64,000 nt of DNA from a virus (taxonomy: Duplodnaviria; Caudoviricetes), in the IMG/VR virus record IMGVR_UViG_3300028048_000045, positions 96,001 to 160,000 of that record, one strand, 5' to 3'. Position 1 is the first letter of the stretch. Each line of letters opens with the position of its first letter. Both the position numbers and the translations under genes were made by a program. Of this stretch, positions 1 to 10,054 are shown one piece after another. Below the pieces are notes generated by a model. The model did no database searches and had not been told where the DNA came from. It saw only the letters and a program-made list of their open reading frames with translations.

Positions 1-2
1 TT

Positions 3-1355
3 ATCGAATATGATAGAAGTATTTTCTGGATCTTCGAGACGTTTCAAAACCAATCTATTTTCATCATTTGTGAATATAGAAAGTAAAACTTCATCATCGA
101 ATTCTTTAGTTTTTGTACCAGCAGCATGTTTTACAGCCATTACAGCATTTGACAATTTGTTTTCAACTTCTGTAGATGTTGCACCGCCGATTCTATAAGA
201 AGATTTAAATTCTGGCGGATTGCCGTAACAAGCTTTACATACAAGTCCTTTAACTGGATGTGCACAAGTACAAATACTTCTAAGTTTTACAGTAGTTCCG
301 ATTAAATCAGTATCGTTCTTTGTAACTTTCTTAAGTTTACCATTATTCATAATGATATTCTTAGAAATTATTAATTCGAGATGTTTTGGAGTTTTAACTT
401 CATAATTAATATAGTGTTTAGTTCCACAATCATTCATCTTATAATCGATACGATTATTAAGACCTGCTAAGTTTGTTTCACGTGACATGTAACCAGAAAC
501 ACCTACGAACTTTTTCTTATAAATAAGAGCTTTCGCAGCAAGTTCCGATTCAGCAATCTGATCACCAACATTCTGTAATCCATTCAAATATGAACGTTTC
601 ATAATATGAGGAAGAACGATGTTGTTAATAGACATACGCGGACCTACAGCAATAAACATCTGAGTAAGCTGTAATACTGACAAACAATTTGACTGTACAA
701 ATGGGAACAAACATGAATTTTCATCTTTAAGAATGATATCAAACAATTTTTGTCCATCTTCTTTCAACTGAGCTTCGAGCTGTGCTGATGATTTAGTATC
801 ATCAAGTGTAGTATTGAGAAGATTATCAAATTCTTTATTTCTTCCACAGAAATCAATAAGATCAATAATTGAAATTGTTGGAGAAGAAATAGTTGCCAAT
901 AATTCAGACAATTGTTCCATTCTTTCAGTTATATGAGAAAGAATGAATGAGAAACATTCTTCGGAATTAATCTTCTTCTTTTCAATAATTGGATAGATCT
1001 TTTCCTGACAAATCTTTTCAAGATTTTTATGATAATCTTTTAAGAAGTTAACATCAATATCCTGCATCCAATCTCTTGTAATTGGAATTTTATACATGAA
1101 ATTAAATTCGAGAAAGTATAAGTTTATAAGGAACTGGAATAATGTAATTTCTACTTCTTCATCATCCTCACATATTATCTTTACAGTTTCATTTGTTGCT
1201 CTGGAATAATCATCCAGGATATAATTCTCAATTATTTCACAGAAGATATCATAATCTCGCTTGTTTGTAAAATAATCAAAAATTTCTTTTAGTTTAATAA
1301 CTAATTCCTTCTTGCATAAACTAGTAACCAATTCATTTACTTTGAAAGACAACAT
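3..1355 (-). CDS. RNA polymerase beta' middle/C-terminal subunit, probably non-virion RNAP (partial; runs off window start, not in ORF track)
   Basis: ATG at 1355 after AAGGAG; open to the window edge. Manual translation gives beta' motifs QLTQMFIAVGPR, SYLNGL, bridge helix VGVSGYMSRE, DCGT, LRSICTC...VCKACYG (Zn site) and AVMAVKHAAG (trigger loop). Early motif upstream. Confidence 0.88.
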   Translation of the reverse strand, partial: MLSFKVNELVTSLCKKELVIKLKEIFDYFTNKRDYDIFCEIIENYILDDYSRATNETVKIICEDDEEVEITLFQFLINLYFLEFNFMYKIPITRDWMQDIDVNFLKDYHKNLEKICQEKIYPIIEKKKINSEECFSFILSHITERMEQLSELLATISSPTISIIDLIDFCGRNKEFDNLLNTTLDDTKSSAQLEAQLKEDGQKLFDIILKDENSCLFPFVQSNCLSVLQLTQMFIAVGPRMSINNIVLPHIMKRSYLNGLQNVGDQIAESELAAKALIYKKKFVGVSGYMSRETNLAGLNNRIDYKMNDCGTKHYINYEVKTPKHLELIISKNIIMNNGKLKKVTKNDTDLIGTTVKLRSICTCAHPVKGLVCKACYGNPPEFKSSYRIGGATSTEVENKLSNAVMAVKHAAGTKTKEFDDEVLLSIFTNDENRLVLKRLEDPENTSIIFD

Positions 1356-1402
1356 ATTAAAACTCCTTTACGATATATAATGTTTGTACTTAGCAGTTTA
1401 AA

Positions 1403-1411
1403 AATATATAA
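1403..1411 (-). promoter_or_regulatory. Early-type phage promoter motif TTATATATT (representative copy)
   Basis: Same 9-mer upstream of genes at 4973, 11437, 13170, 16209, 16719, 17998, 22418, 31103, 36044, 46788, 47989, 50494, 53392, 62215; resembles the phiKZ early motif TATATTAC (exact match at 13169-13176). Confidence 0.7.
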
Positions 1412-1418
1412 ATAAAAT

Positions 1419-1445
1419 TTGGATAGGGATTATCTCCCTATCCAA
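1419..1445 (-). terminator. Intrinsic terminator hairpin
   Basis: TTGGATAGGGA/TCCCTATCCAA 11-bp stem just after the stop at 1451, T-rich tail on the minus strand. Confidence 0.75.
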
Positions 1446-1450
1446 TATAA

Positions 1451-3802
1451 TTATTTTTTAGAATCTTTAGCTAATTCTGTTTCAACAATTTCTTTAATTT
1501 TTAAAAAGCTTTCATATTTAATACTAGTATGCATACATAAATAGAAAGCTACCTTAACATCTTCAAGTTTATAAGGTTCATTAGATGCAAAAATATCATC
1601 ATTAAAATATGAATGACCATTGACAAAGAAAACAGGTCTTACATCAAAACCTTTTCTTGCCATTTTACCACATTCAGAAATTATTAATTTCTTAATAGAT
1701 TTATAACTAGATTTTATAGCTCCCATTTCAATTAATAAAGAATCTTTTGTATGTTCATCAACATCATCTCTATATTTACCAGTAACAGGATCGTAAACTC
1801 TACCAGATTTTCTATTAAATTCATTAAGCAATTCTAATAATGGTTTACCTTCAGCAAGAACATAAGTGTATTGGATATTATCAAAAATAGATTTTATTTC
1901 TCTAGGATTTTTATTCTTCATTTCTTTGAAAGCATAGTATAATTTGTTTACAATATCCTGAGCAAAAGTTGTTTCATCAACTAATAAGAAAGAATCTTTT
2001 GAAAAGTCACTATTTTCAGTTGTAAATTGGTATTTTCCATATTTATCGATAGTGTATAGACCATTGATGAATGAGCCTTCTTTCATAGCTTTATTATAAA
2101 GAGCTGTATAATTAGTATAATCTGCTATAATAGGCTCTTCAATAATATTGATATTATCAGAAATAGTTTGAATAATTTTTCTATTTTTGCTCCAAAGGAA
2201 TTTATCAAATAGATAAACTATAACTCCGATTACTCCAAGAACTAAAGTAGAAATTCCTACAGCTATTGTAACTCCACTTATAACACCTTCTGTAGAATAT
2301 TCAGGTTCATAATATGTATTTAAATCTTCTTTAGCAAATTCTTCTTCAGGTTTGATTTTATTTTGAGCATTTGTAACAAGAATCTCTTCTTCTTTAGAAA
2401 TAGTTCTTAACTGACTTACAGTTAAAATAAATGATTCGAAACTATCTTTAGTATCAGTAACATCATCCAATACTCTACATTTGAAACTTATTTTTCCAAG
2501 TCTTTCAGAAATAGTAGGAATTATAAGTTCATCACGAATCTTATGGAATTCTTTAATAGCAACGTCTTGATTTGCACAATTTTGTAATCTTTCAACAAAT
2601 CCTTTATTAAGATTTACTTTAAGAGTTATAGGCATATCGTTTTTAACAACTGCTCCAGCTTTTAAAGTTCCATCCTTTAAGCAAATGAATGATGATTTTA
2701 ATAAGAACTCTTTATATTTAGATTTATTTGAATCTGTGATAAGTTCTTTAAGATATGCTGGATCACTATCCATGCTATTTACAAACATTTCTAATCCGGT
2801 AATAAGTGATTTATCATCAACAGATGTACAGAATGAAATATAATTATTCCAATCTGAATCTAAGAAACTCAAAGGCATTTCATCACATCTTTCAACAAAG
2901 TTAGAACAAACTTCTTCTACAGATTTAAGATACGCTTGTTTACGTTCTTTTAAAATAAATTCAGGATTTATAGCTATTGCTTCTGAAGACATACCTTGTT
3001 TGATAGCTTTAGCTGTAGCTGTTCCCAAATCATTAGCAATACATTCTTTAATTTTAGAACAAGTAGTTTTAAGATACATCTGTTCATCTTTATTACTCAT
3101 GATGAACATTTCAGGAGTTTCATTATTAGAACCATTACCAATAGATAACCAAGGAACTATATCAAACATATAATGTGAAGGTGTTCCAAATTTACCATAA
3201 TCCCATGTACCACGATTTATAGAATCAGTAACAAGTTTTCCACTGTTTTCATTATAGATAAATTGACAACCTTCAAATGAAGAACCTGGAGTTCCACGGA
3301 ATGAAATATTTCCTATTCCAGCTTCTTTTTTATCATGCATAAGCTTATGACTGATTAAATAAAGCATTCTACTTACAGCAGCTTTACGATTTGGTTCTGT
3401 ATCTTCTTTTAAATTGTGGCATGGACTGTAGCCTTCATTAATGAAGTATCCACGTTTAACAAATTCATTCATTGTTTTTAAATCTTTAGGAGCTTTTCCA
3501 TATTGATTTTTATTTCTATCGATATGTCTAGCTTTACCATCAGTTGTAGAAAGATCGAATGTTTTCTTATTATCTAAAATTTCAAAAGCATTCATATATT
3601 CAACTGATTTGATACGATGATTCGAAAGTTTTACATAAGCTTCTCTACCATGACCTTTTGATAGGTGATCAAGAGCTTCGTAATCAGTATATTCAGGATG
3701 TGTTTTGGATAAAGCCTCTAAACTTTTCATAGCTTTATTTTTATTTTTACCGAATAAGAAAATCAAATCATCATCGTTAAATCCAAAATATTTATTATTC
3801 AT
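1451..3802 (-). CDS. Putative internal head protein, multi-module (toxin-like N-domain, S-x-E linkers, one TM helix)
   Basis: 783 aa; late promoter upstream; repeated SSE/SVE/SFE/STE motifs; hydrophobic helix VTIAVGISTLVLGVIGVIVYLF directly after YSTE-G. Confidence 0.5.
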   Translation of the reverse strand: MNNKYFGFNDDDLIFLFGKNKNKAMKSLEALSKTHPEYTDYEALDHLSKGHGREAYVKLSNHRIKSVEYMNAFEILDNKKTFDLSTTDGKARHIDRNKNQYGKAPKDLKTMNEFVKRGYFINEGYSPCHNLKEDTEPNRKAAVSRMLYLISHKLMHDKKEAGIGNISFRGTPGSSFEGCQFIYNENSGKLVTDSINRGTWDYGKFGTPSHYMFDIVPWLSIGNGSNNETPEMFIMSNKDEQMYLKTTCSKIKECIANDLGTATAKAIKQGMSSEAIAINPEFILKERKQAYLKSVEEVCSNFVERCDEMPLSFLDSDWNNYISFCTSVDDKSLITGLEMFVNSMDSDPAYLKELITDSNKSKYKEFLLKSSFICLKDGTLKAGAVVKNDMPITLKVNLNKGFVERLQNCANQDVAIKEFHKIRDELIIPTISERLGKISFKCRVLDDVTDTKDSFESFILTVSQLRTISKEEEILVTNAQNKIKPEEEFAKEDLNTYYEPEYSTEGVISGVTIAVGISTLVLGVIGVIVYLFDKFLWSKNRKIIQTISDNINIIEEPIIADYTNYTALYNKAMKEGSFINGLYTIDKYGKYQFTTENSDFSKDSFLLVDETTFAQDIVNKLYYAFKEMKNKNPREIKSIFDNIQYTYVLAEGKPLLELLNEFNRKSGRVYDPVTGKYRDDVDEHTKDSLLIEMGAIKSSYKSIKKLIISECGKMARKGFDVRPVFFVNGHSYFNDDIFASNEPYKLEDVKVAFYLCMHTSIKYESFLKIKEIVETELAKDSKK

Positions 3803-3824
3803 AGGAACATTCCCCTTATTCTAG

Positions 3825-3838
3825 TATATTATTTTGTC
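3825..3838 (-). promoter_or_regulatory. Late promoter GACA-N6-TATA
   Basis: GACA AAATAA TATA upstream of 3802; one of 11 exact copies. Confidence 0.7.
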
Positions 3839-3875
3839 CTTCATCGAAAAAAAGAAGACTTATCATAATAATATA

Positions 3876-3900
3876 AAAAGTGGACAAAATGTCCACTTTT
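3876..3900. terminator. Intrinsic terminator hairpin
   Basis: AAAAGTGGACA-AAA-TGTCCACTTTT inverted repeat after the stop at 3905. Confidence 0.7.
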
Positions 3901-3904
3901 AATT

Positions 3905-4630
3905 TTACTGAATAAATGATTTAAAAAGTGTGTCCAAAACATTGTAAGTAGTAATAAAATCGCCAAAAATATAATCACAGATATAATCAAAAAAAGTCAT
4001 GATTAAATTAGTTTCTCCAAAGAACATATCGTCTTTATCGAAAATTTTAACATTGTTTTTAAGATCATAAACATGATTAAAGAAATATCTTTTTAATGAA
4101 TCACGTTTTACTTTAGATAAAGGTCTTGATGAAATATTTCTATACATTGTGCTCATCGAAGTAATATTCGAATTACAATGAGTCGCCATCCAAGATTGAT
4201 CAAAAATAAATTCATCCAAACGTTGTACTTCATCTTCTGTAAGATATGAATCAGGATCATTGAAATCACTACCGTTAAGAGTTCTAAATTTATCAGCAAA
4301 TTTCGATAGGAAATCTTCTACAAAATGCGAAGTTTCTCTAAGAATAATTATAGAATTTTCAAATCCCATTGAAAGGATACTATTCTTGATAAGATTTTTA
4401 TTTTTATTAAAATCTATTTTCTTAGTAATGTTTTCATCATATTTGGATTCACCAAACATCAACATTACAAAGACATCAATTAAATCTATCGAACTATAAG
4501 GATCTGGTTTATAACCAACCTTTTTCCAAATTTTTTCAATAGTTTTATAAGCATCTTTTTTAAGATTTTCAAGAGAATGATACAATTCTCTAATTACTTG
4601 ATCTTGAGAAACTGTTTTATTATTTCTCAT
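3905..4630 (-). CDS. Hypothetical protein, possible head protein
   Basis: 241-aa ORF; N-terminus MRNNK with HSLE motif similar to neighbouring head-type proteins. Confidence 0.55.
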   Translation of the reverse strand: MRNNKTVSQDQVIRELYHSLENLKKDAYKTIEKIWKKVGYKPDPYSSIDLIDVFVMLMFGESKYDENITKKIDFNKNKNLIKNSILSMGFENSIIILRETSHFVEDFLSKFADKFRTLNGSDFNDPDSYLTEDEVQRLDEFIFDQSWMATHCNSNITSMSTMYRNISSRPLSKVKRDSLKRYFFNHVYDLKNNVKIFDKDDMFFGETNLIMTFFDYICDYIFGDFITTYNVLDTLFKSFIQ

Positions 4631-4689
4631 AAATTCGCCCTCGAAAAAAAAGAACGAGTTTGTATAAACTCGTTCTTTTAAATATAATA

Positions 4690-4950
4690 CTACATCAACA
4701 AATTTTCTATGTAATTGTTGATGTCAACTGATTCTACACCATTTGATGGAATGTAAACATTCCCTGGTGTAGAATTTTTCAATTTTGACATGAAATCCTT
4801 AGATGTTTCATGTCCAGGATTAGATCCTCTAAAACCTGAAGTTTTAGAAGATCTGATTCCTGCCCCAAATGATTTGTTAGCACTAGAAGCAAATTTACCA
4901 TATCTAGAGCTAACAAAATCCCTTCGGGGGTTAACATTTAAACTTCTCAT
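4690..4950 (-). CDS. Small basic Ser/Gly-rich hypothetical protein
   Basis: 86 aa, GAGG RBS, early motif at 4973, terminator hairpin at about 4648-4679 downstream. Confidence 0.6.
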   Translation of the reverse strand: MRSLNVNPRRDFVSSRYGKFASSANKSFGAGIRSSKTSGFRGSNPGHETSKDFMSKLKNSTPGNVYIPSNGVESVDINNYIENLLM

Positions 4951-5006
4951 AGTTAACCTCCTTCCTATATAAAATATATAAGAAAGTGATACTACTTCAC
5001 AAAGTT

Positions 5007-7124
5007 TTACATTGAAATCATTGAATTCTGAGCCATATAAGCTGCACCAGTTTCAAGCTGTTTCAACTGAAGAGCTTCAAGGTCCATGTTTGGTGAAAGT
5101 AATGTAATCATATTACCTACAGTCAACAAATCACCTACAGTTTCAAGAATGATTTTGATAAGACATGCATCTGTTTCTTTTGGAACAATCAATGTTGTAC
5201 AATTGTCAGGATCATTTCCATCAAACTGTTCAATCATGTTTGTCATGATATTGTAAACAGATGGTGTTTCTTTTTCAATACATTCTCTCCATTTAGCCAT
5301 AGTTTTCTTAGAATCGCGATACATATTAAACAATGCATAACGATAACCATTACCAAATGAGAATTCAATAGATTCAAGAATCAATTTTACAATCTGACGA
5401 ACATTACTATAATTTTCAGCAGCAGTAATATTGAGTTTAGCATCTGTAATCTTCTGCATAATTTCATCAACGAGATTGTTGATATTATGCTCGATATAAT
5501 GACAAACACTGATATTACTTCCGATTGAAACTCCACCATTTTTGATAGCAGATGAAACTGCCTGAACAGCATCATCAATGATGAGCTTTCTTGCATACTT
5601 AGCATTGTCTGTACGTCCGCCACAATAGTAGTAAGTTGTACGAGACTGAAGCTTTTCAATACGCATATTAAGATCTGCAACTGTCCAATCATTGAAATGA
5701 TTTGTTGCTTTCTTAAGAGCTACAAGCTTATCATTAAGCATAGCAATTTTCTTATCAAATTCTTCTTTAACAGGATTTGTACCAATGAAGTTAACATCAG
5801 CATAACCAGCAGAAATATGTTCACATGTACCAAACATTCCTTCAATCTGTTTACAACGTGTTTCACGATCTTCTGCAAATGGAGAAAGTTTAGTATACAT
5901 TGTCTGGAATGGATTAGCACGTACCATCATTCTGAGATCATCAAATTCTGCAGCGTCAGCAATTTCTTTGTTACGAAGAACGATACAAGCGATATCGACT
6001 CTAGCTGGACGAGAATCTGGATCAGATTTAGGATCGTTAAGTTCCTGACCAAGAGAATTGTAATAAGTACCAGAAATACATTTGCGAAGATAATCTGCAA
6101 TATCTTTATCGTACTGTGGTGCAATTACAAACAATGGTCTATGCATATCAAATGCGACTGTTTGTACAATCTGTTTAAATACTGGAAGGTCTGTAGCATA
6201 AAGATTACCATCAAACATGGCAATCAATGGTTTATCAGCTTCCCATGAAGTCTTATCAGGTGTATTAGCCATAGCTTCAAGATCAAGCAATCCCATTGAA
6301 AGTACATAAGCATCGCTTTCTTTTACATATTCTTCTTCAGTATTTGAACGGAGAACAATTACATCACCGCGACCATCAAGTTTGTTTTCATAAAGTCTTG
6401 CAATTCTTTCACCAGTCAAATAATCATTGTTTGCTGAAATAGTTGCAATCTTAGAAAGCCACTTAATGATTTCTTCTTTTTCTTCTTTAGTAAGTTCATC
6501 TGATGAATTTACTTTTTTGAAAGATTTCTGATAATTTGGATTATCGCGGATGTGACTAATGATAACATCGCCACAAATCTTACAAATGTTTCGAATACCA
6601 ACTGGAGAGAATTTCCATCCACCTTCGTTAGAAGTTTTGAAAATTTCTACGAGTTTAGTATAAAGAGCATTCTGAATAGGAATACCAGATGATGTAGAGT
6701 CACCAATCTTTTCATTCATATATTCAGAAGTTTGACGAATAATTTTGAAAATAGCATTAGGAATAGGCTGTGTAAACTTCATATTCTGAAGAATTGTATA
6801 ACCATCCCTAGTATTATAAACTGGAACTTCCCGAGTATAATATGTTTGAACTAATGTGTTATCAGCATAAGGACCAATTGTGTGAGCTATGGCTGTTTCT
6901 GCAGCAGCTGAAATCTTTTTAATTTCATTAACAACCGCATCATTTTTCAAAATATTTGGGTTTGAAGATTTGTAATCCTTTGCCCCGAAACCAATATCAG
7001 AAATATTCATTTCCTGGAAATCACCACTAAATGATTCTTTAATTATACTTTCAGGAGAGTTTTCCAGTTTATTATCGATTTCATTAGCAAATTTTTCCAT
7101 TTCGGCAGAATTTATTTCTCCCAT
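5007..7124 (-). CDS. Phage chaperonin, GroEL/Cpn60-like
   Basis: HTIGPYADNTLV (TLGPxG), TRDGYTILQ (TxDGxTI), GDSTSS (GDGTTT), ATISANND, YYCGG...IIDDAVQAVSSAIKNGGV. Confidence 0.9.
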   Translation of the reverse strand: MGEINSAEMEKFANEIDNKLENSPESIIKESFSGDFQEMNISDIGFGAKDYKSSNPNILKNDAVVNEIKKISAAAETAIAHTIGPYADNTLVQTYYTREVPVYNTRDGYTILQNMKFTQPIPNAIFKIIRQTSEYMNEKIGDSTSSGIPIQNALYTKLVEIFKTSNEGGWKFSPVGIRNICKICGDVIISHIRDNPNYQKSFKKVNSSDELTKEEKEEIIKWLSKIATISANNDYLTGERIARLYENKLDGRGDVIVLRSNTEEEYVKESDAYVLSMGLLDLEAMANTPDKTSWEADKPLIAMFDGNLYATDLPVFKQIVQTVAFDMHRPLFVIAPQYDKDIADYLRKCISGTYYNSLGQELNDPKSDPDSRPARVDIACIVLRNKEIADAAEFDDLRMMVRANPFQTMYTKLSPFAEDRETRCKQIEGMFGTCEHISAGYADVNFIGTNPVKEEFDKKIAMLNDKLVALKKATNHFNDWTVADLNMRIEKLQSRTTYYYCGGRTDNAKYARKLIIDDAVQAVSSAIKNGGVSIGSNISVCHYIEHNINNLVDEIMQKITDAKLNITAAENYSNVRQIVKLILESIEFSFGNGYRYALFNMYRDSKKTMAKWRECIEKETPSVYNIMTNMIEQFDGNDPDNCTTLIVPKETDACLIKIILETVGDLLTVGNMITLLSPNMDLEALQLKQLETGAAYMAQNSMISM

Positions 7125-7483
7125 TTCCTTTCCTCCATAACTCCTTTAGAGTTTTTATTAATTGTAACAGATTTTAATTGTCCATCCTGAATATCACATT
7201 CAAGATTATGATCATCGCAATAAGATTTGATTTTATCAACATCTAACGTAGATGATTCTTTGAACTCTGCAATAACAGATTTCTTTTTATTGTTTTGGAT
7301 TACTTTAGTAATCTCTGGAACTTTATTTCTCGCTTTATTATTAGTTTCAAAATCATAAAGAGATTGATAATGATTAGCGAATTCAACATCGTATGGCGAT
7401 GCTTCAGTTCCTGTATTCGAAAGACATTCTTTAGCGATTTCAGTAATGAAATCAATGAATGTCAGATTAGATTTGCTTGCCAT
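7112..7483 (-). CDS. Hypothetical protein
   Basis: 123-aa ORF with GGAG RBS, overlapping the chaperonin start. Confidence 0.65.
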   Translation of the reverse strand: MASKSNLTFIDFITEIAKECLSNTGTEASPYDVEFANHYQSLYDFETNNKARNKVPEITKVIQNNKKKSVIAEFKESSTLDVDKIKSYCDDHNLECDIQDGQLKSVTINKNSKGVMEERKWEK

Positions 7484-7533
7484 TTTGAATATATTAATAC
7501 TCCATCATAAAATGAAAAATTTAAGTATTACAA

Positions 7534-7980
7534 TTAGGGTGTTTTAATGGTTGTCTTACGGTTAAATTCTTGTAACACTTTATTATCCATATTCATAACT
7601 TCGTTCCTAGTATATGCATTGATAGTTCCGTTCTTAGTAAAAGCTTCGTAAGAATTATCAATATTAGCAAACTCATTATTTACGATATTCTCAAAGTTAG
7701 GAATATCCAATTCTACCAATTGATCAAATGTGAAACGACCTTCAAGTAACTTAGAAGCATTAAGAATATTTTGCATGATTCTATCGGATTGTTTATCCAT
7801 AACATCATGCGTAACTTTTTTCTGTTTCTTCTTCATTATCACAAATAGATTATTGTTTAATATGTCGTTATTATCATCTTGATCTTCTTTGGTAGAATTA
7901 GTTGTTGTTTCTTTTCCATTCTTAGCTTTGAGTGCGGCTATTTCTTTTTCTAGTCTTTCTAGTTTCGCCGCGCGATCATA
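7534..7980 (-). CDS. -1 frameshift extension of the upstream assembly chaperone
   Basis: Frame of ORF 7534..7842 is open back to the T8 run at 7980-7987 (YDRAAKLERLEKEIAALK...); no RBS before 7842. Confidence 0.65.
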   Translation of the reverse strand, partial: YDRAAKLERLEKEIAALKAKNGKETTTNSTKEDQDDNNDILNNNLFVIMKKKQKKVTHDVMDKQSDRIMQNILNASKLLEGRFTFDQLVELDIPNFENIVNNEFANIDNSYEAFTKNGTINAYTRNEVMNMDNKVLQEFNRKTTIKTP

Positions 7981-10031
7981 AAAAAAAGTGTTTCAGGCTC
8001 TACAGGCAATAAGCCAAGTTCTGCTCCACAAGATTCTTCAGGACATTGTTTTCCATCAATAAGGTGACGAATACCAGAAATATTCATAATTGAATTCAAA
8101 CGAGGATCGTCCATAAGTGTATTATAATCTTCTGGAGAAAGATTATAAACAGAATCAATAATACCGTCAAGATCAGTGAATCTAATGTATGAAACTTTTG
8201 TAGCATTAGACTGATCATCAACGATATGTGGAACCATGAGAGATTTGAGATAAATATATTTTCTCAATTCAATCATATAATCTGGTAAACCAAATGTTGA
8301 ATCGATTGATACGACCTGTTCTGTATCTTCATCAACATATTCAAGAGGTTTATCTCTGAATTTTTCAATAATTTCTGCAAGAGCAGCATAAGCCTGTTCA
8401 ACATAAGGAACCTGAAGTTCGTAAATGAAAGAAGAAATAGGAAGTTTCTGCTGAATACGATAAATCTTATTAGCAGATTCTACAACTTTTTCTTTCTGGA
8501 ATTCTTCATATACTTCAGCAGTTGAAGAACCGCTGATAGCTCCCTTATTAATATATTTAGCAAGCTTATCATATTCAATGTGTTTATTGAGTAAGAAACA
8601 AAGATCTTTAGAACCTACTGAAAGATCGTGTGTTGCTCCACAAGTAGCACATGTTAAACCAATAGTTGTTGGTTTCTGGAATGTAGCAGCATAAGCAGCA
8701 AAGAATAACTGTTGGAAATCTGGGAATTTGATAATTTCACCAAACAATTTATGTTTAGAAGGTTTATTTTCAAAACCAGATACAGAATAAATATGCTTAT
8801 AGAAGATATCCATCTGTTTTTCACGCTTTTCCAAGAAAAGAAGGTTTTTATTATAAATGTAATCATCTGAAGAAGGATCGAGTTCATCTACCTTTTCATC
8901 GATCTTACAAATATCTTTGATATCAACCCATTGGAAAGCAGTCATTGTAATAACTACACCAGATACAACAAATGGTACAACTGAATAACTAGGTTGTAGT
9001 GTTGGAAGTACTGTAGTCATATAAATATTCTGCTGTTCTTTCTGTGTTTTCTTAGAAATATCAGTAGCTGTAATAGAATTTGTATCTTCAAGTTTAATGT
9101 TTCTAAGAACTTTAGCTACCTTAGCTGTACGAAGTTTGAAAGCTGTTTGTACACCATCACCACCAAAATAATTATGTTCACGTGGTTCTTCAGCAGCAGC
9201 TTTTTCAATAGCAGCTTCTACTTTTTCTTTTGTATCTTCAGAAGAATCGTCAACAATTTCAACTTCTTTATTATCGGAATTATCAACTTCTTCAGAATCT
9301 TCATAGTTATTATTGAATGTATCGATTACTTTTTCAGGTGTAAGTTCATCATCATCGATTTCACCAAGACGAGCTTCATTAGCTTTTCTGATTTCAATGT
9401 TTTCTTCACGAACACGCTGATCCATATCATCGGTGATTATTTCTTTTCCAAGCTGTGATTTTTCTTCTTCTTTTTCTTTAATAACTGCAGCTTCTGCAGC
9501 AGATACAACAGAAACTTCTTTTTCAACTTTAGGTTTAGAAACAACCTGTGGTTCAGGTTCTTTAATTTCCTCTTTAGGAGGTTCTTCTTCCTTAATTTCT
9601 TTTTCTTCAACAACTGGTTCGTTTTTAACTACAGTAGTTTCTTTTTGAATTGATGGTTGTTCCACATCCCAAGGAGCATCGTCATCAGGAGTGTCATCAA
9701 CAGGACGTTTAGCTGTAATTTCGAGAGTAATATTTTTTATTTCAGGTTCAGCATTTGTAATTTTAGCATCTTTACTAAGATTATGTAATGCTTCTGAAGT
9801 AACAGGTGAAGCTTGTAATTCATCGATAGTTACACGTGGATAATCTTCTTTTTCTTCACTGACTACATCTTTAGATTCTTCCTTAGATTTAATCATCATT
9901 TCCATTTGAAGATTTTCGCGTTCGATATCAGCTTCGGATTTTGTAGGAATTGCTTCTTTAGGTACACTAGAAGCTTCCATCTTCTCAATGAAGTCTTTTT
10001 CAGTCTTCATTTCTTCAGATATCTTATCCAT
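7959..10031 (-). CDS. Putative tail/baseplate assembly chaperone with CxxC motifs and long acidic N-terminus
   Basis: 690 aa; TCATCG and QCPEESCG motifs; ends ETLFF over a slippery T8 run; about 290 aa Glu-rich disordered N-terminus. Confidence 0.5.
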   Translation of the reverse strand: MDKISEEMKTEKDFIEKMEASSVPKEAIPTKSEADIERENLQMEMMIKSKEESKDVVSEEKEDYPRVTIDELQASPVTSEALHNLSKDAKITNAEPEIKNITLEITAKRPVDDTPDDDAPWDVEQPSIQKETTVVKNEPVVEEKEIKEEEPPKEEIKEPEPQVVSKPKVEKEVSVVSAAEAAVIKEKEEEKSQLGKEIITDDMDQRVREENIEIRKANEARLGEIDDDELTPEKVIDTFNNNYEDSEEVDNSDNKEVEIVDDSSEDTKEKVEAAIEKAAAEEPREHNYFGGDGVQTAFKLRTAKVAKVLRNIKLEDTNSITATDISKKTQKEQQNIYMTTVLPTLQPSYSVVPFVVSGVVITMTAFQWVDIKDICKIDEKVDELDPSSDDYIYNKNLLFLEKREKQMDIFYKHIYSVSGFENKPSKHKLFGEIIKFPDFQQLFFAAYAATFQKPTTIGLTCATCGATHDLSVGSKDLCFLLNKHIEYDKLAKYINKGAISGSSTAEVYEEFQKEKVVESANKIYRIQQKLPISSFIYELQVPYVEQAYAALAEIIEKFRDKPLEYVDEDTEQVVSIDSTFGLPDYMIELRKYIYLKSLMVPHIVDDQSNATKVSYIRFTDLDGIIDSVYNLSPEDYNTLMDDPRLNSIMNISGIRHLIDGKQCPEESCGAELGLLPVEPETLFFMIARRN

Positions 10032-10054
10032 AGGATTATATTTCTCCTTATAAA

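Noticed and set aside
1374-1384. Late promoter upstream of the beta' gene
   Set aside because: AACA to TA spacing is 5 rather than 6; not counted among the exact copies.
5387-6248. Short alternative-frame and antisense ORFs here and throughout the track (e.g. 30256..30903, 36607..36894, 52943..53308)
   Set aside because: Shadows of long genes with no RBS or promoter; only the 36420..36875 overlap has its own start context and coherent topology.
7112-7483. GroES co-chaperonin
   Set aside because: No PLxDRV or mobile-loop GGI motifs.
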